Shown: piece after piece, positions 19,269 to 27,078 of the stretch
How the letters are laid out: each line of letters opens with the position of its first letter
Position numbering within the stretch: position 1 is the stretch's first letter
DNA from: an uncultured Dictyoglomota bacterium
GTDB lineage: Bacteria > Dictyoglomota > Dictyoglomia > Dictyoglomales > Dictyoglomaceae
Length of the DNA stretch: 38,113 bases
Direction of reading: 5' to 3'
NCBI GenBank assembly: GCA_964654465.1
Contig: CAZZIO010000024.1
Location: 1-38,113 of the forward strand
Notes under the pieces: generated by a model
Seen by the model: the letters and a program-made list of their open reading frames with translations, nothing else
What the model was told of the DNA's origin: nothing
Database searches by the model: none
Position numbers and translations under genes: made by a program

Positions 19269-20288
19269 ATGGGCAGTGTAAAGGATTTAATAATTTTGGA
19301 GAATCCATCCGAAAATTCCCTTGGTAGAGGTAGATTCATCTTTTCTGACAGATATTCTGTATTTGATTATGGAGAAATGCCAGACCTCATAGAAGATAAG
19401 GGTAAAGCTATATGTATAGTCACATCTTTCTTCTTTGAAAAATTAGAAAATCTGGGAATTAAAACCCATTATATAGGAGTAGTAGAAGAGGATAAAGTAA
19501 AATCCCTTTCTGAGCTAAAAAATACATCTAACATTCTTGAATTTAAAATGGTAAGAGTAGTGAAACCTGAATTAAAAGATAATATTTATGACTATTCTAT
19601 TTTCCAAAGCCTTAAAAATAATTTTCTCATTCCTTTAGAGGTCATATATAGAAACTCCCTTCCAGAAGGTTCTTCTGTATTTAGAAGATTAAAGGATGGA
19701 AGTTTAAAAATGGAAGATCTTGGACTTAACAAGATACCAAGACCAGGAGAAAAACTTGAAAAACCAATAGTAGACTTTTCCACAAAATTAGAGGTAAATG
19801 ATAGATATCTATCAAAAGAAGAAGCTCAAAAAATAAGTGGCCTCACTATGGAAGAATTTGAAAAACTTATAAATATTACCCTTTTTATAGATGACCTTAT
19901 AACTCATGAGGCAGAAAAAATAAGTTTAATAAACGAGGATGGAAAATTTGAATATGCTTTTGATGCAGAGAGAAATTTCATGGTAGTAGATGCCTTAGGA
20001 ACTCTCGACGAATGCAGATTTACCTATAATGGAATACCTATAAGTAAGGAAATAGCAAGAATATATTACAGAAAAACTGAATGGTATAAGGAAATAGAAG
20101 AAGCAAAAAAGAAAGACAGATTTAATTGGAAAAATATGGTAGGATCCCCACCAAATCTTCCAAAAGAACTTAAAGACCTTATATCCTCTATATACAAAGC
20201 TTATGCTAACGAAATAACCCAAAGAGAATGGTTTGATGCTCCTCCTATGAAAGATCTTTTAAATCGACTCCAAGAGCTTCTTCAATAG
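19269..20288 (+). CDS. purC: SAICAR synthetase, long (~340 aa) form
   Basis: GSVKD, FSDRYSVFD, IPLEVIYRN, FSTKLE..D, DGKFEYA, VDALGTLDECRF, SKE. ATG 19269 preferred over TTG 19260 from AGAGG spacing. Confidence 0.9.
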   Translation: MGSVKDLIILENPSENSLGRGRFIFSDRYSVFDYGEMPDLIEDKGKAICIVTSFFFEKLENLGIKTHYIGVVEEDKVKSLSELKNTSNILEFKMVRVVKPELKDNIYDYSIFQSLKNNFLIPLEVIYRNSLPEGSSVFRRLKDGSLKMEDLGLNKIPRPGEKLEKPIVDFSTKLEVNDRYLSKEEAQKISGLTMEEFEKLINITLFIDDLITHEAEKISLINEDGKFEYAFDAERNFMVVDALGTLDECRFTYNGIPISKEIARIYYRKTEWYKEIEEAKKKDRFNWKNMVGSPPNLPKELKDLISSIYKAYANEITQREWFDAPPMKDLLNRLQELLQ

Positions 20289-20371
20289 ATCTTTAATAAA
20301 CAATTTTAAATGTTTGTAAACTTTATAACATACCCATTTTTTAAAGAGATCCATCTTTTATTGTCCTAACT

Positions 20372-20630
20372 TTATCCACAACTGTGGATAACTTTGTGGA
20401 TAGGTTGTGGATAACTCTGTGGATAACTTTATAAATCTGTGGATAACTTTGTGGATAGAATATTAATTGTTGATTATGTGGAAAACTTTGGAAAACTTAT
20501 CCACAGCCAAAAAACATACATTTCTTAACTCCTTATAACTTATCCACAATATCCACACCCCTAACTACTACAACAAGGTTTTTTATTTTATAAAACACCC
20601 TTTGTATTTGTTACAGTAGGCTGTGGATAA
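20372..20630. other. DnaA-box cluster with unwinding element; probable oriC
   Basis: Perfect TTATCCACA at 20372, 20497, 20540; perfect TGTGGATAA at 20383, 20406, 20418, 20438, 20622; one-mismatch boxes at 20395, 20450, 20477, 20549; trio-like TAACTACTACAACAA at 20562-20576 followed by an AT-rich tract; intergenic. Confidence 0.85.
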
Positions 20631-20644
20631 AATCACGATGATGT

Positions 20645-20676
20645 AAAAAAGCCCCCCTATTTAGGGGGCTTTCTTT
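20645..20676. terminator. Intrinsic terminator; U6 tail on the minus strand, probably bidirectional
   Basis: AAAGCCCCC (20648-20656), 7-nt loop, GGGGGCTTT (20664-20672); A6 on the left, TTTCTTT on the right. Confidence 0.8.
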
Positions 20677-20711
20677 GAGAAAGGAAATTCTGACTGGGCT
20701 TTGTTTCTTTC
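20645..20711 (-). ncRNA. Candidate ~67-nt small RNA of unknown family
   Basis: Bounded by a near-consensus promoter (20746-20718) and a terminator; no AUG in the predicted transcript. Confidence 0.5.
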
Positions 20712-20717
20712 GAAAAA

Positions 20718-20746
20718 ATTATAACTTATTTTTTGAATTTATGCAA
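20718..20746 (-). promoter_or_regulatory. Sigma70 promoter pointing toward the DnaA-box cluster
   Basis: Minus strand TTGCAT (20746-20741), 17 nt spacer, TATAAT (20723-20718). Confidence 0.65.
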
Positions 20747-20868
20747 TAATATAAAAAAATTTTAATACTACTATAAGTAACACGAGTTATTTTAATAGAT
20801 CATATAAAAGAATAAAATTTTCATATCTATAAAAAAGTTTCAGAGAAAAACGATTTATTTTAAAAGTA

Positions 20869-20877
20869 TGATATAAT
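20869..20877 (+). promoter_or_regulatory. Extended -10 promoter element of the MgtC-family gene
   Basis: TGaTATAAT, separated from the ATG by 7 nt; no SD. Confidence 0.55.
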
Positions 20878-20884
20878 TTTTAAT

Positions 20885-21529
20885 ATGATCCAGGAATTTG
20901 AGATTATAAAAAGACTTATTTTTTCTTTAATACTATCTGGCATAATAGGATGGGAAAGGGAAAAGGAAGAGAAACCAGCTGGATTTAGAACACATATACT
21001 GGTTTCTCTGGGAGCTACTCTTTTTATGATTGTTTCAGCTTATGCTTTTCCAAATACTGATCCAACTCGTATAGCTGCTCAGGTGGTTACTGGTATAGGT
21101 TTTATAGGTGCAGGTACTATTTTAAGAAATGAACATTCTGTAAAAGGTTTAACAACAGCAGCAAGTATATGGGCTGTCTCAGGTATAGGTATGGCTGTTG
21201 GTGCAGGACTTTATTTTCCTGCTTTTTTTACTACTTTGTTTATATTAGCTGTTCTCATATTAGCAACAAAACTTGAGAAAGTATTTATAGGTTCCCATAG
21301 AGATTTAATATTAAAATGTAAAATAGAAGATAAGCCAGGGGTTATAGGAGAAATTGGAACTATTCTTGGGGAACTTAAGGTTAATATAAAACAAATAGGT
21401 TTAAACTCTATAAATGAAAATATAGCAGAATTAAATTTAATTTTGAGATTGCCATCTAAGATTAAAATGGAAGAGATTGTAGAAAAGCTTTCAAAATTAT
21501 CCTCAGTAAAAGAAATAGATATCATTTAG
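20885..21529 (+). CDS. MgtC/SapB family membrane protein with C-terminal ACT domain
   Basis: IGWERE..KPAGFRTH, DPTRIAAQVVTGIGFIGAG, GLTTAASIW; ACT-like DKPGVIGEIGTILG. Confidence 0.92.
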   Translation: MIQEFEIIKRLIFSLILSGIIGWEREKEEKPAGFRTHILVSLGATLFMIVSAYAFPNTDPTRIAAQVVTGIGFIGAGTILRNEHSVKGLTTAASIWAVSGIGMAVGAGLYFPAFFTTLFILAVLILATKLEKVFIGSHRDLILKCKIEDKPGVIGEIGTILGELKVNIKQIGLNSINENIAELNLILRLPSKIKMEEIVEKLSKLSSVKEIDII

Positions 21530-21530
21530 A

Positions 21531-21559
21531 AAGGGGAGAGACAAAAAGTCCCTCCCCTT
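21531..21559 (-). terminator. Terminator hairpin between the convergent MgtC-family and ABC binding-protein genes
   Basis: AAGGGGAGaGAC-aaaaa-GTCcCTCCCCTT; the A/C mismatch becomes a G-U pair on the minus strand. Confidence 0.7.
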
Positions 21560-21566
21560 CATTATT

Positions 21567-23267
21567 TTATTTCTTCCAAAATTCGACCATTTCTCTTATT
21601 TGTTTTGTTTTATATTCTTCATATTTCTTTGCTCCTAAATCATCAAAGCCTTTTAAGAATTCAGCCCATACTTTATCAAAATCTTTTTTAGGTGCCATTA
21701 CTACCTTTGGAATATTTTTAATTACATAATCGAAGAGCTTATTTCCAATGGCTCTCATATCTTCATCTGGTGTTGGATACATCCATAGATATCCCCATGT
21801 TTTTACAGGATATTCGTCAGCTTTTGGGAATAGATCTTTCCATATTTCTACCTTATATGCTGCAAGAACTTTCTTTTCTACTTCTGTATAATTCTTTCTT
21901 ATATCTTCTTTTGTGGTATCAGGAACTACTGGATTTCCTGTAGAATCAATATAGTAATTAGGAAGTCTTGGCCATGGATATACATATACTCCTATTCCAG
22001 TCTTTCTTCCGAAGTAGGGATCTGTTCTTCTTGCTTGATCCACATCGGGTAGGAATTGTCTCTTTCCATTTACATATGTATGATGTACTCCTTCTATTCC
22101 CCATTGCCTCAAAATATTAGCATCTTCTGTACATAGCCAATCAAGAAATTTTATAGCTCTTACAGGATCTTTACAGCTTTTAGTGATAGCTATACCCCAT
22201 CCACCGGTGTATCCAACTCTTACATCAGGTGGAGCCTGTTTTATTCTCTCGCTTACAGTAACAGGATAATATCCATACATATATTCATATTTTCCTGATC
22301 TTCTTAAAGCTGTAAATGGTTCTCCTACTGCCCATCCTGCATCAATTAGTGCTAAAACTCTTCCACTTGCTATTTTTGCCTTATAAGTATCTTCTTTTTG
22401 TATGAATGTTTCTTTGTCTAATAGACCTTCATTCCACATATGATTTAGCCATCTAAAATATTCCTTCTCTATAGCTCTCTTATAATGGAAAGTACATTTT
22501 AAAGTTTTAGGATCTACATATAATTCTCCATCATCAGGAGCTCCCGTAGCTTGAAATGCTGGATTTGTTACACTTATTACTGTTCTCCAATCATCAGCAC
22601 ATAAGGTAAGTGGTATAGTTGGAAGTCCGTCTGTAGTTGGATGTTTTTTGTAATATGTTTTTATTGCATTTTCAAAATCTTTTAGAGTTCTAATTCTTGG
22701 ATATCCAAGTTCCATAACTACTCTGTGTTGAAGCATGAACCCACCATTTACATCAAGAGTTCTGTCATTATCTGTGGTTAAACCAAGACAGTAAATATGA
22801 GGATCTTCCTTACTCCATTTTAATCTCTTTAAGTTTTCCCCATAAGCTTTTTTAATATTTGGAGCGTACTTTTCTATTAAATCATCAAGGGGTATTAATG
22901 CTCCTGCATCCTTCAAAAGAGAAAGATCTCCTTTAGCATATATTAAATCTGGATAATCTCCGCTTGCTGCCATAATTTGTATTTTTTCTCTTACAGCAGC
23001 CTGGTTAGGTGCGTATTCTATATCTAAGGTTACACCAGTGAGTTCCTTTATCTTTTGGGCTACTGGACTTTTGAATTGGTCATCATTGGGATTAACTTCT
23101 CCTATATATACTTTAAATGTTATAGGCTTATTTGCTTCGGGTGTAGGATTCATGGGCTTAAATAATTTTGCTTGAGCATTTACTTCTCTTATGCTTACAC
23201 TGAAAATGAGGCTAATTACTAATACTATAGCAAAAAACCATCCTAATAATTTTTCTGTCCTCCTCAT
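21567..23267 (-). CDS. Carbohydrate ABC transporter substrate-binding protein (LplA-like)
   Basis: Signal peptide; IKELTGVTL, MAASGDYPDLI, LIPLDDLIEKYAPNI, KDPVRAIKFLDWL, WGIEGVH. Confidence 0.88.
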   Translation of the reverse strand: MRRTEKLLGWFFAIVLVISLIFSVSIREVNAQAKLFKPMNPTPEANKPITFKVYIGEVNPNDDQFKSPVAQKIKELTGVTLDIEYAPNQAAVREKIQIMAASGDYPDLIYAKGDLSLLKDAGALIPLDDLIEKYAPNIKKAYGENLKRLKWSKEDPHIYCLGLTTDNDRTLDVNGGFMLQHRVVMELGYPRIRTLKDFENAIKTYYKKHPTTDGLPTIPLTLCADDWRTVISVTNPAFQATGAPDDGELYVDPKTLKCTFHYKRAIEKEYFRWLNHMWNEGLLDKETFIQKEDTYKAKIASGRVLALIDAGWAVGEPFTALRRSGKYEYMYGYYPVTVSERIKQAPPDVRVGYTGGWGIAITKSCKDPVRAIKFLDWLCTEDANILRQWGIEGVHHTYVNGKRQFLPDVDQARRTDPYFGRKTGIGVYVYPWPRLPNYYIDSTGNPVVPDTTKEDIRKNYTEVEKKVLAAYKVEIWKDLFPKADEYPVKTWGYLWMYPTPDEDMRAIGNKLFDYVIKNIPKVVMAPKKDFDKVWAEFLKGFDDLGAKKYEEYKTKQIREMVEFWKK

Positions 23268-23347
23268 AAAATTCTTTCCCCCCTTTAGAGTTAATTTTCA
23301 TAGAATATTTTTTAATTGTAAATTACTCTTTTTAAACACCTCCTTTC

Positions 23348-24238
23348 TTAATTTTTTATTGCCCCAAGAGTCATTCCTTTTACAAAATACTTTTGTAAGA
23401 ATGGATACACAACTACAATAGGCAATGTGGTTACTATAGTCATTGCCATTCTTAATGATTGGGGAGTTACTCTCATAGTTCTTGTAGGATCTAAGTTACT
23501 GTAGTAATCAATAGTGGTGGAACTTGCTGCAGCGTTAGCAAGGATTTTCTGAAGTTCATATTGCAAGGTAGTAAGATTTTTATTTCCTCCACAATACAAA
23601 TAGGTATCAAACCATGCATTCCAATGCCCTACTGCTACAAATAGTGCAACTGTGGCAAGAACAGGTATACACAAAGGCAATATTACCTTTAAGAATATAA
23701 TAAAATCATTGGCACCATCAATCATAGCTGATTCTTGTAGTTCTGATGGTAAGGTATCGATATAAGCTCTAATAACAATAAAATTAAATGGATTTATAAG
23801 TCCTGGAAGGATATAAACAAGAAAATTATTCATTAGTCCTAAACTTCTTATCAAAAGATATTCTGGTACTAAACCACCTCCTACGTACATGGTGATAACA
23901 AACAGTGTAGTAATAAGTTTTCTTGCAAAAAAATCTTTTCTACTAAGAACGTAGGCCACTATAGCTGTAGAAATAACACTGGTTATAGTCCCTATTAAAG
24001 TTCTTAAGGTTGATATTAAAGTTGCTCTACCAATTGTAGGATAATTGAATATTTCTTTGTAATTATCTAAGGTAAATACTCTGGGGAATATGGTGATACC
24101 ACCTTTTATTGTATCAAAAGGATCATTAAGGGATACAGCTAAAACATATAGGAAAGGATACAATGTTATTATAACTAATAATATCATTATTCCGTGGTTT
24201 ATAATATCGAATATTTTATCTCCTAAACTTCTATTCAT
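23348..24238 (-). CDS. Carbohydrate ABC permease (LplC/MalG-like)
   Basis: LPSELQESAMIDGA (EAA loop), AVGHWNAWFD, VYPFLQKYFVKG. ATG 24238 chosen from AGGAGG spacing. Confidence 0.9.
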   Translation of the reverse strand: MNRSLGDKIFDIINHGIMILLVIITLYPFLYVLAVSLNDPFDTIKGGITIFPRVFTLDNYKEIFNYPTIGRATLISTLRTLIGTITSVISTAIVAYVLSRKDFFARKLITTLFVITMYVGGGLVPEYLLIRSLGLMNNFLVYILPGLINPFNFIVIRAYIDTLPSELQESAMIDGANDFIIFLKVILPLCIPVLATVALFVAVGHWNAWFDTYLYCGGNKNLTTLQYELQKILANAAASSTTIDYYSNLDPTRTMRVTPQSLRMAMTIVTTLPIVVVYPFLQKYFVKGMTLGAIKN

Positions 24239-24250
24239 ATTCACGTCCTC

Positions 24251-25159
24251 CTAAATGATTTTGTACCCTGTAAATTTTTTACTTAATTTATTTGCTGAGA
24301 AAAGAAGAATTAAGCTAATAACAGATTTAAAAATACCTGCTGCAGTACCGAAGGAAAATCTTCCTGCTCTAATGCCATAATCAAGGGCATATAGGTCTAT
24401 AACGTCGGATACATTCCTTACAGCTGAGGTTCTTAAAAGGAATTGTCTTTCAAATCCAATATTTATAATATTTCCTATACTCAATATAAGTATCAAAATA
24501 ATAGTTGGCATTATGCCTGGTAATGTGATGTGCCAGATTTTTCTAAATCTTCCAGCTCCATCTACTTCTGCTGCTTCGTATAACTCTGGGTTTATGGCTG
24601 TCATAGCAGCTAAAAATATAATGGTATTCCATCCCAGCTCTTTCCATATGTCTGAGAAGACTACAATCCACCAGAAATACTTAGGTTCTCCAAAAAATAG
24701 TATGGGTTGTTCAATTATTCCAATTCTCATAAGAAGGTAATTAACAACCCCATCAGGTGCAAGCATGGCATGTACTATGCTTGCTACTATTACCCACGAA
24801 ACAAAGTGAGGTAAGTAAGAAATAGTTTGTACTGTTCTTTTGAAAGTAGAATTTCTGATTTCATTTATTAAAATAGCAAGTATTATTGGAAGAGGAAAAC
24901 CAAAAATAAGTCCAAGAATACTCATAGCAAGAGTATTTCTCATGACAAGGTAAAATTCTGGGTCAGAGAACATCTCTTTAAAATATTTCAATCCAACCCA
25001 TTGCTGTTGAAATATAGGTATTCCTGGTTTGTAGTTCTGAAAGGCTGTAATCCATCCCCATAAAGGGATATAACGAAAGATGATAAGCCATATAAGAAAT
25101 GGGAAAATCATAATGATAAGGTATTTTTGTTTTTTTAATGTCTTTATAAAGTAGTTCAC
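24251..25159 (-). CDS. Carbohydrate ABC permease (LplB/MalF-like)
   Basis: WVGLKYF, QTISYLPHFVSWV, ELYEAAEVDGAGRF. Confidence 0.9.
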   Translation of the reverse strand: MNYFIKTLKKQKYLIIMIFPFLIWLIIFRYIPLWGWITAFQNYKPGIPIFQQQWVGLKYFKEMFSDPEFYLVMRNTLAMSILGLIFGFPLPIILAILINEIRNSTFKRTVQTISYLPHFVSWVIVASIVHAMLAPDGVVNYLLMRIGIIEQPILFFGEPKYFWWIVVFSDIWKELGWNTIIFLAAMTAINPELYEAAEVDGAGRFRKIWHITLPGIMPTIILILILSIGNIINIGFERQFLLRTSAVRNVSDVIDLYALDYGIRAGRFSFGTAAGIFKSVISLILLFSANKLSKKFTGYKII

Positions 25160-25323
25160 TTCAATCCCTCTTTCTTTTTTTTTTCAAAAATTATCAGAAT
25201 ATTCCTTTTAATAAAACCTTAAAAAATAGAAATTTTTAGAGGGAAAAATTAGACTTTTTTCAATTTACAAAAATTGTATTGAAGATTTATACTTTAAAAA
25301 ATTTTAAAGTTTGGGGTTGTTTT

Positions 25324-27078
25324 ATGTTTATCAAATTTTCCAACATAAAAATGTATAAAAAACTCATAATCAGTTTCATAGCCATATCGATAATCCCCAT
25401 ACTTATCCTTGGTACTGTAACTGTGGTTCATTTTAGGGATTTTGCCTTGGAATCTTCTTCAAAAGAAGTTTATAACAATCTAAACTCAGCAAAATTTCAG
25501 ATAATGAAGATTACAGAGGAAGTAGTAAAGATTGCAGATAAATTAATGATAGATCAAAGGTTAAAGGAACTTTTACTTTATAAATACAAATCCCCGATGG
25601 AGACTTTTATAAAGTATTCTCAGTATAGAGAGATAGAAAATTATAAAACTCTTTTCGCTAATGCCATAGCTTATATAAGAATATATTCTGAAAATCCAAC
25701 TATTTTAGAGAATGGAATTTTTTATAAAGTAAAGGATTATATTAGAAAGGAGAATTGGTATAGGACTGCCATAAATCTAAATGGATTTATAAGATGGGAA
25801 TTAATTTATCAGAAAGAAGATATTTATCCTGAAAAGTATTTTAGTCTTGTAAGACTTCTTAGAGATCCTTATAACGAAAGTTTTGGAGTTTTGGTTATTA
25901 ATCTAAATAAACTGGAAATCAAAAAGATATTAAATCATCAAATTTTTGATACTTTTCTTATTAATAATGATGGATATATTGTAGCGAGCAATAATGAAAA
26001 CTTAATAGGTACCATCTTCCCTATTGATAAATCAAAAATTATACAACCTGAAGGATATTCTTTAAAGTATAACAATAAAGATTATAGAATTTTCGGTATT
26101 TATTTACCTCTTGCTGGTTATAACAAGGATTTTTATCTTGTAAGTATGGTACCCTTGGACTATATAATGAGAGAGCCTTACGGTATGTTTAGATTTGCCA
26201 TAGCTATGATAGTTATTTCTGTAGGGCTTTCTCTCTTGTTTGCTTTAATATTATCTAAGAATATGAGCAAGAGAATAGCAGTATTAAATAATGTAGTAAA
26301 TGAGATATCTCATGGTAATTGGGATATGGAGTTTTCAATATCTGGTAAGGACGAAATAGGAGAACTTGCTGAGAATGTAAAAAATATGGCAAGAAATATA
26401 AAGATGCTCAATGAGTTGAAGATCAAACAGAAAGAAATGAAATTAAAAATATTGACCAATAATTTGAACCCTCATTTTCTATTTAACACTTTAGAGACTA
26501 TTCATATGATGGCTATATGTAAAGAGCAGTGGGATATTGCAGATATTACTCTTAAGCTTGGTAACCTTTTAAGGAGAATTATAGAATTTGAAGGAAAACC
26601 TATAAAATTAAGGACAGAGTTAGAACTTGTAGAAGATTACTTGAAAATACAAAAATATAGGTTTGGAAAGATAGATTATAAAATAAATGTGTATGAGGAT
26701 ATAGAAGATCTATATATACTCCCTTTTCTAATCCAACCAATTGTTGAGAACTCTATCATACATGGTCTTGAGGAGAAAGAAGAGAAGGGAATTATAAATA
26801 TAAACGTTGTTAAAAAAGAGGATAAGTTAATAATATCCATAGAAGATAACGGCGTAGGAATGTCTCAAGATGAAATAGAAGCTATCTTTAACAATGAAGA
26901 TTTAGGTGGAAAAAGAATAGGCGTAAAAAATACTATGGAAAGAATAAAGCTTTTCTACGGAGAAGATTTTGGGCTTAGAATTCAAAGTGAGGTAGGAAAG
27001 GGTACAAAAGTAGATATAGTACTACCGTATCATGTTTTAAAAGGAAGTGATAAATATGTACAAGGTATTAATAGTTGA
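25324..27078 (+). CDS. YesM-like sensor histidine kinase (HAMP + His_kinase + HATPase); start uncertain
   Basis: Two TM segments, HAMP DEIGEL, LNPHFLFNTLETI, IQPIVENSIIHG, DNGVGM. Confidence 0.9.
   Translation: MFIKFSNIKMYKKLIISFIAISIIPILILGTVTVVHFRDFALESSSKEVYNNLNSAKFQIMKITEEVVKIADKLMIDQRLKELLLYKYKSPMETFIKYSQYREIENYKTLFANAIAYIRIYSENPTILENGIFYKVKDYIRKENWYRTAINLNGFIRWELIYQKEDIYPEKYFSLVRLLRDPYNESFGVLVINLNKLEIKKILNHQIFDTFLINNDGYIVASNNENLIGTIFPIDKSKIIQPEGYSLKYNNKDYRIFGIYLPLAGYNKDFYLVSMVPLDYIMREPYGMFRFAIAMIVISVGLSLLFALILSKNMSKRIAVLNNVVNEISHGNWDMEFSISGKDEIGELAENVKNMARNIKMLNELKIKQKEMKLKILTNNLNPHFLFNTLETIHMMAICKEQWDIADITLKLGNLLRRIIEFEGKPIKLRTELELVEDYLKIQKYRFGKIDYKINVYEDIEDLYILPFLIQPIVENSIIHGLEEKEEKGIININVVKKEDKLIISIEDNGVGMSQDEIEAIFNNEDLGGKRIGVKNTMERIKLFYGEDFGLRIQSEVGKGTKVDIVLPYHVLKGSDKYVQGINS

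Noticed and set aside
20372-20557. CRISPR array or iteron interpretation of the repeats
   Set aside because: Units are 9-bp DnaA boxes in both orientations, mostly a few bp apart, with no regular 25-45 bp unique spacers and no cas or rep gene.
20677-20765. Plus-strand small peptide (type I toxin-like) after GAGAAAGGA, antisense to the candidate sRNA
   Set aside because: Needs a CTG start, gives ~23 aa with no clear TM helix, and sits just behind a terminator with no evident promoter.
20775-20792. parS-like imperfect palindrome AGTAACACGAGTTATT
   Set aside because: Too many mismatches to TGTTTCACGTGAAACA.
25175-25184. T10 homopolymer as a phase-variation tract
   Set aside because: Non-coding, apparently in the 5' leader of the ABC operon, and unremarkable in AT-rich DNA.
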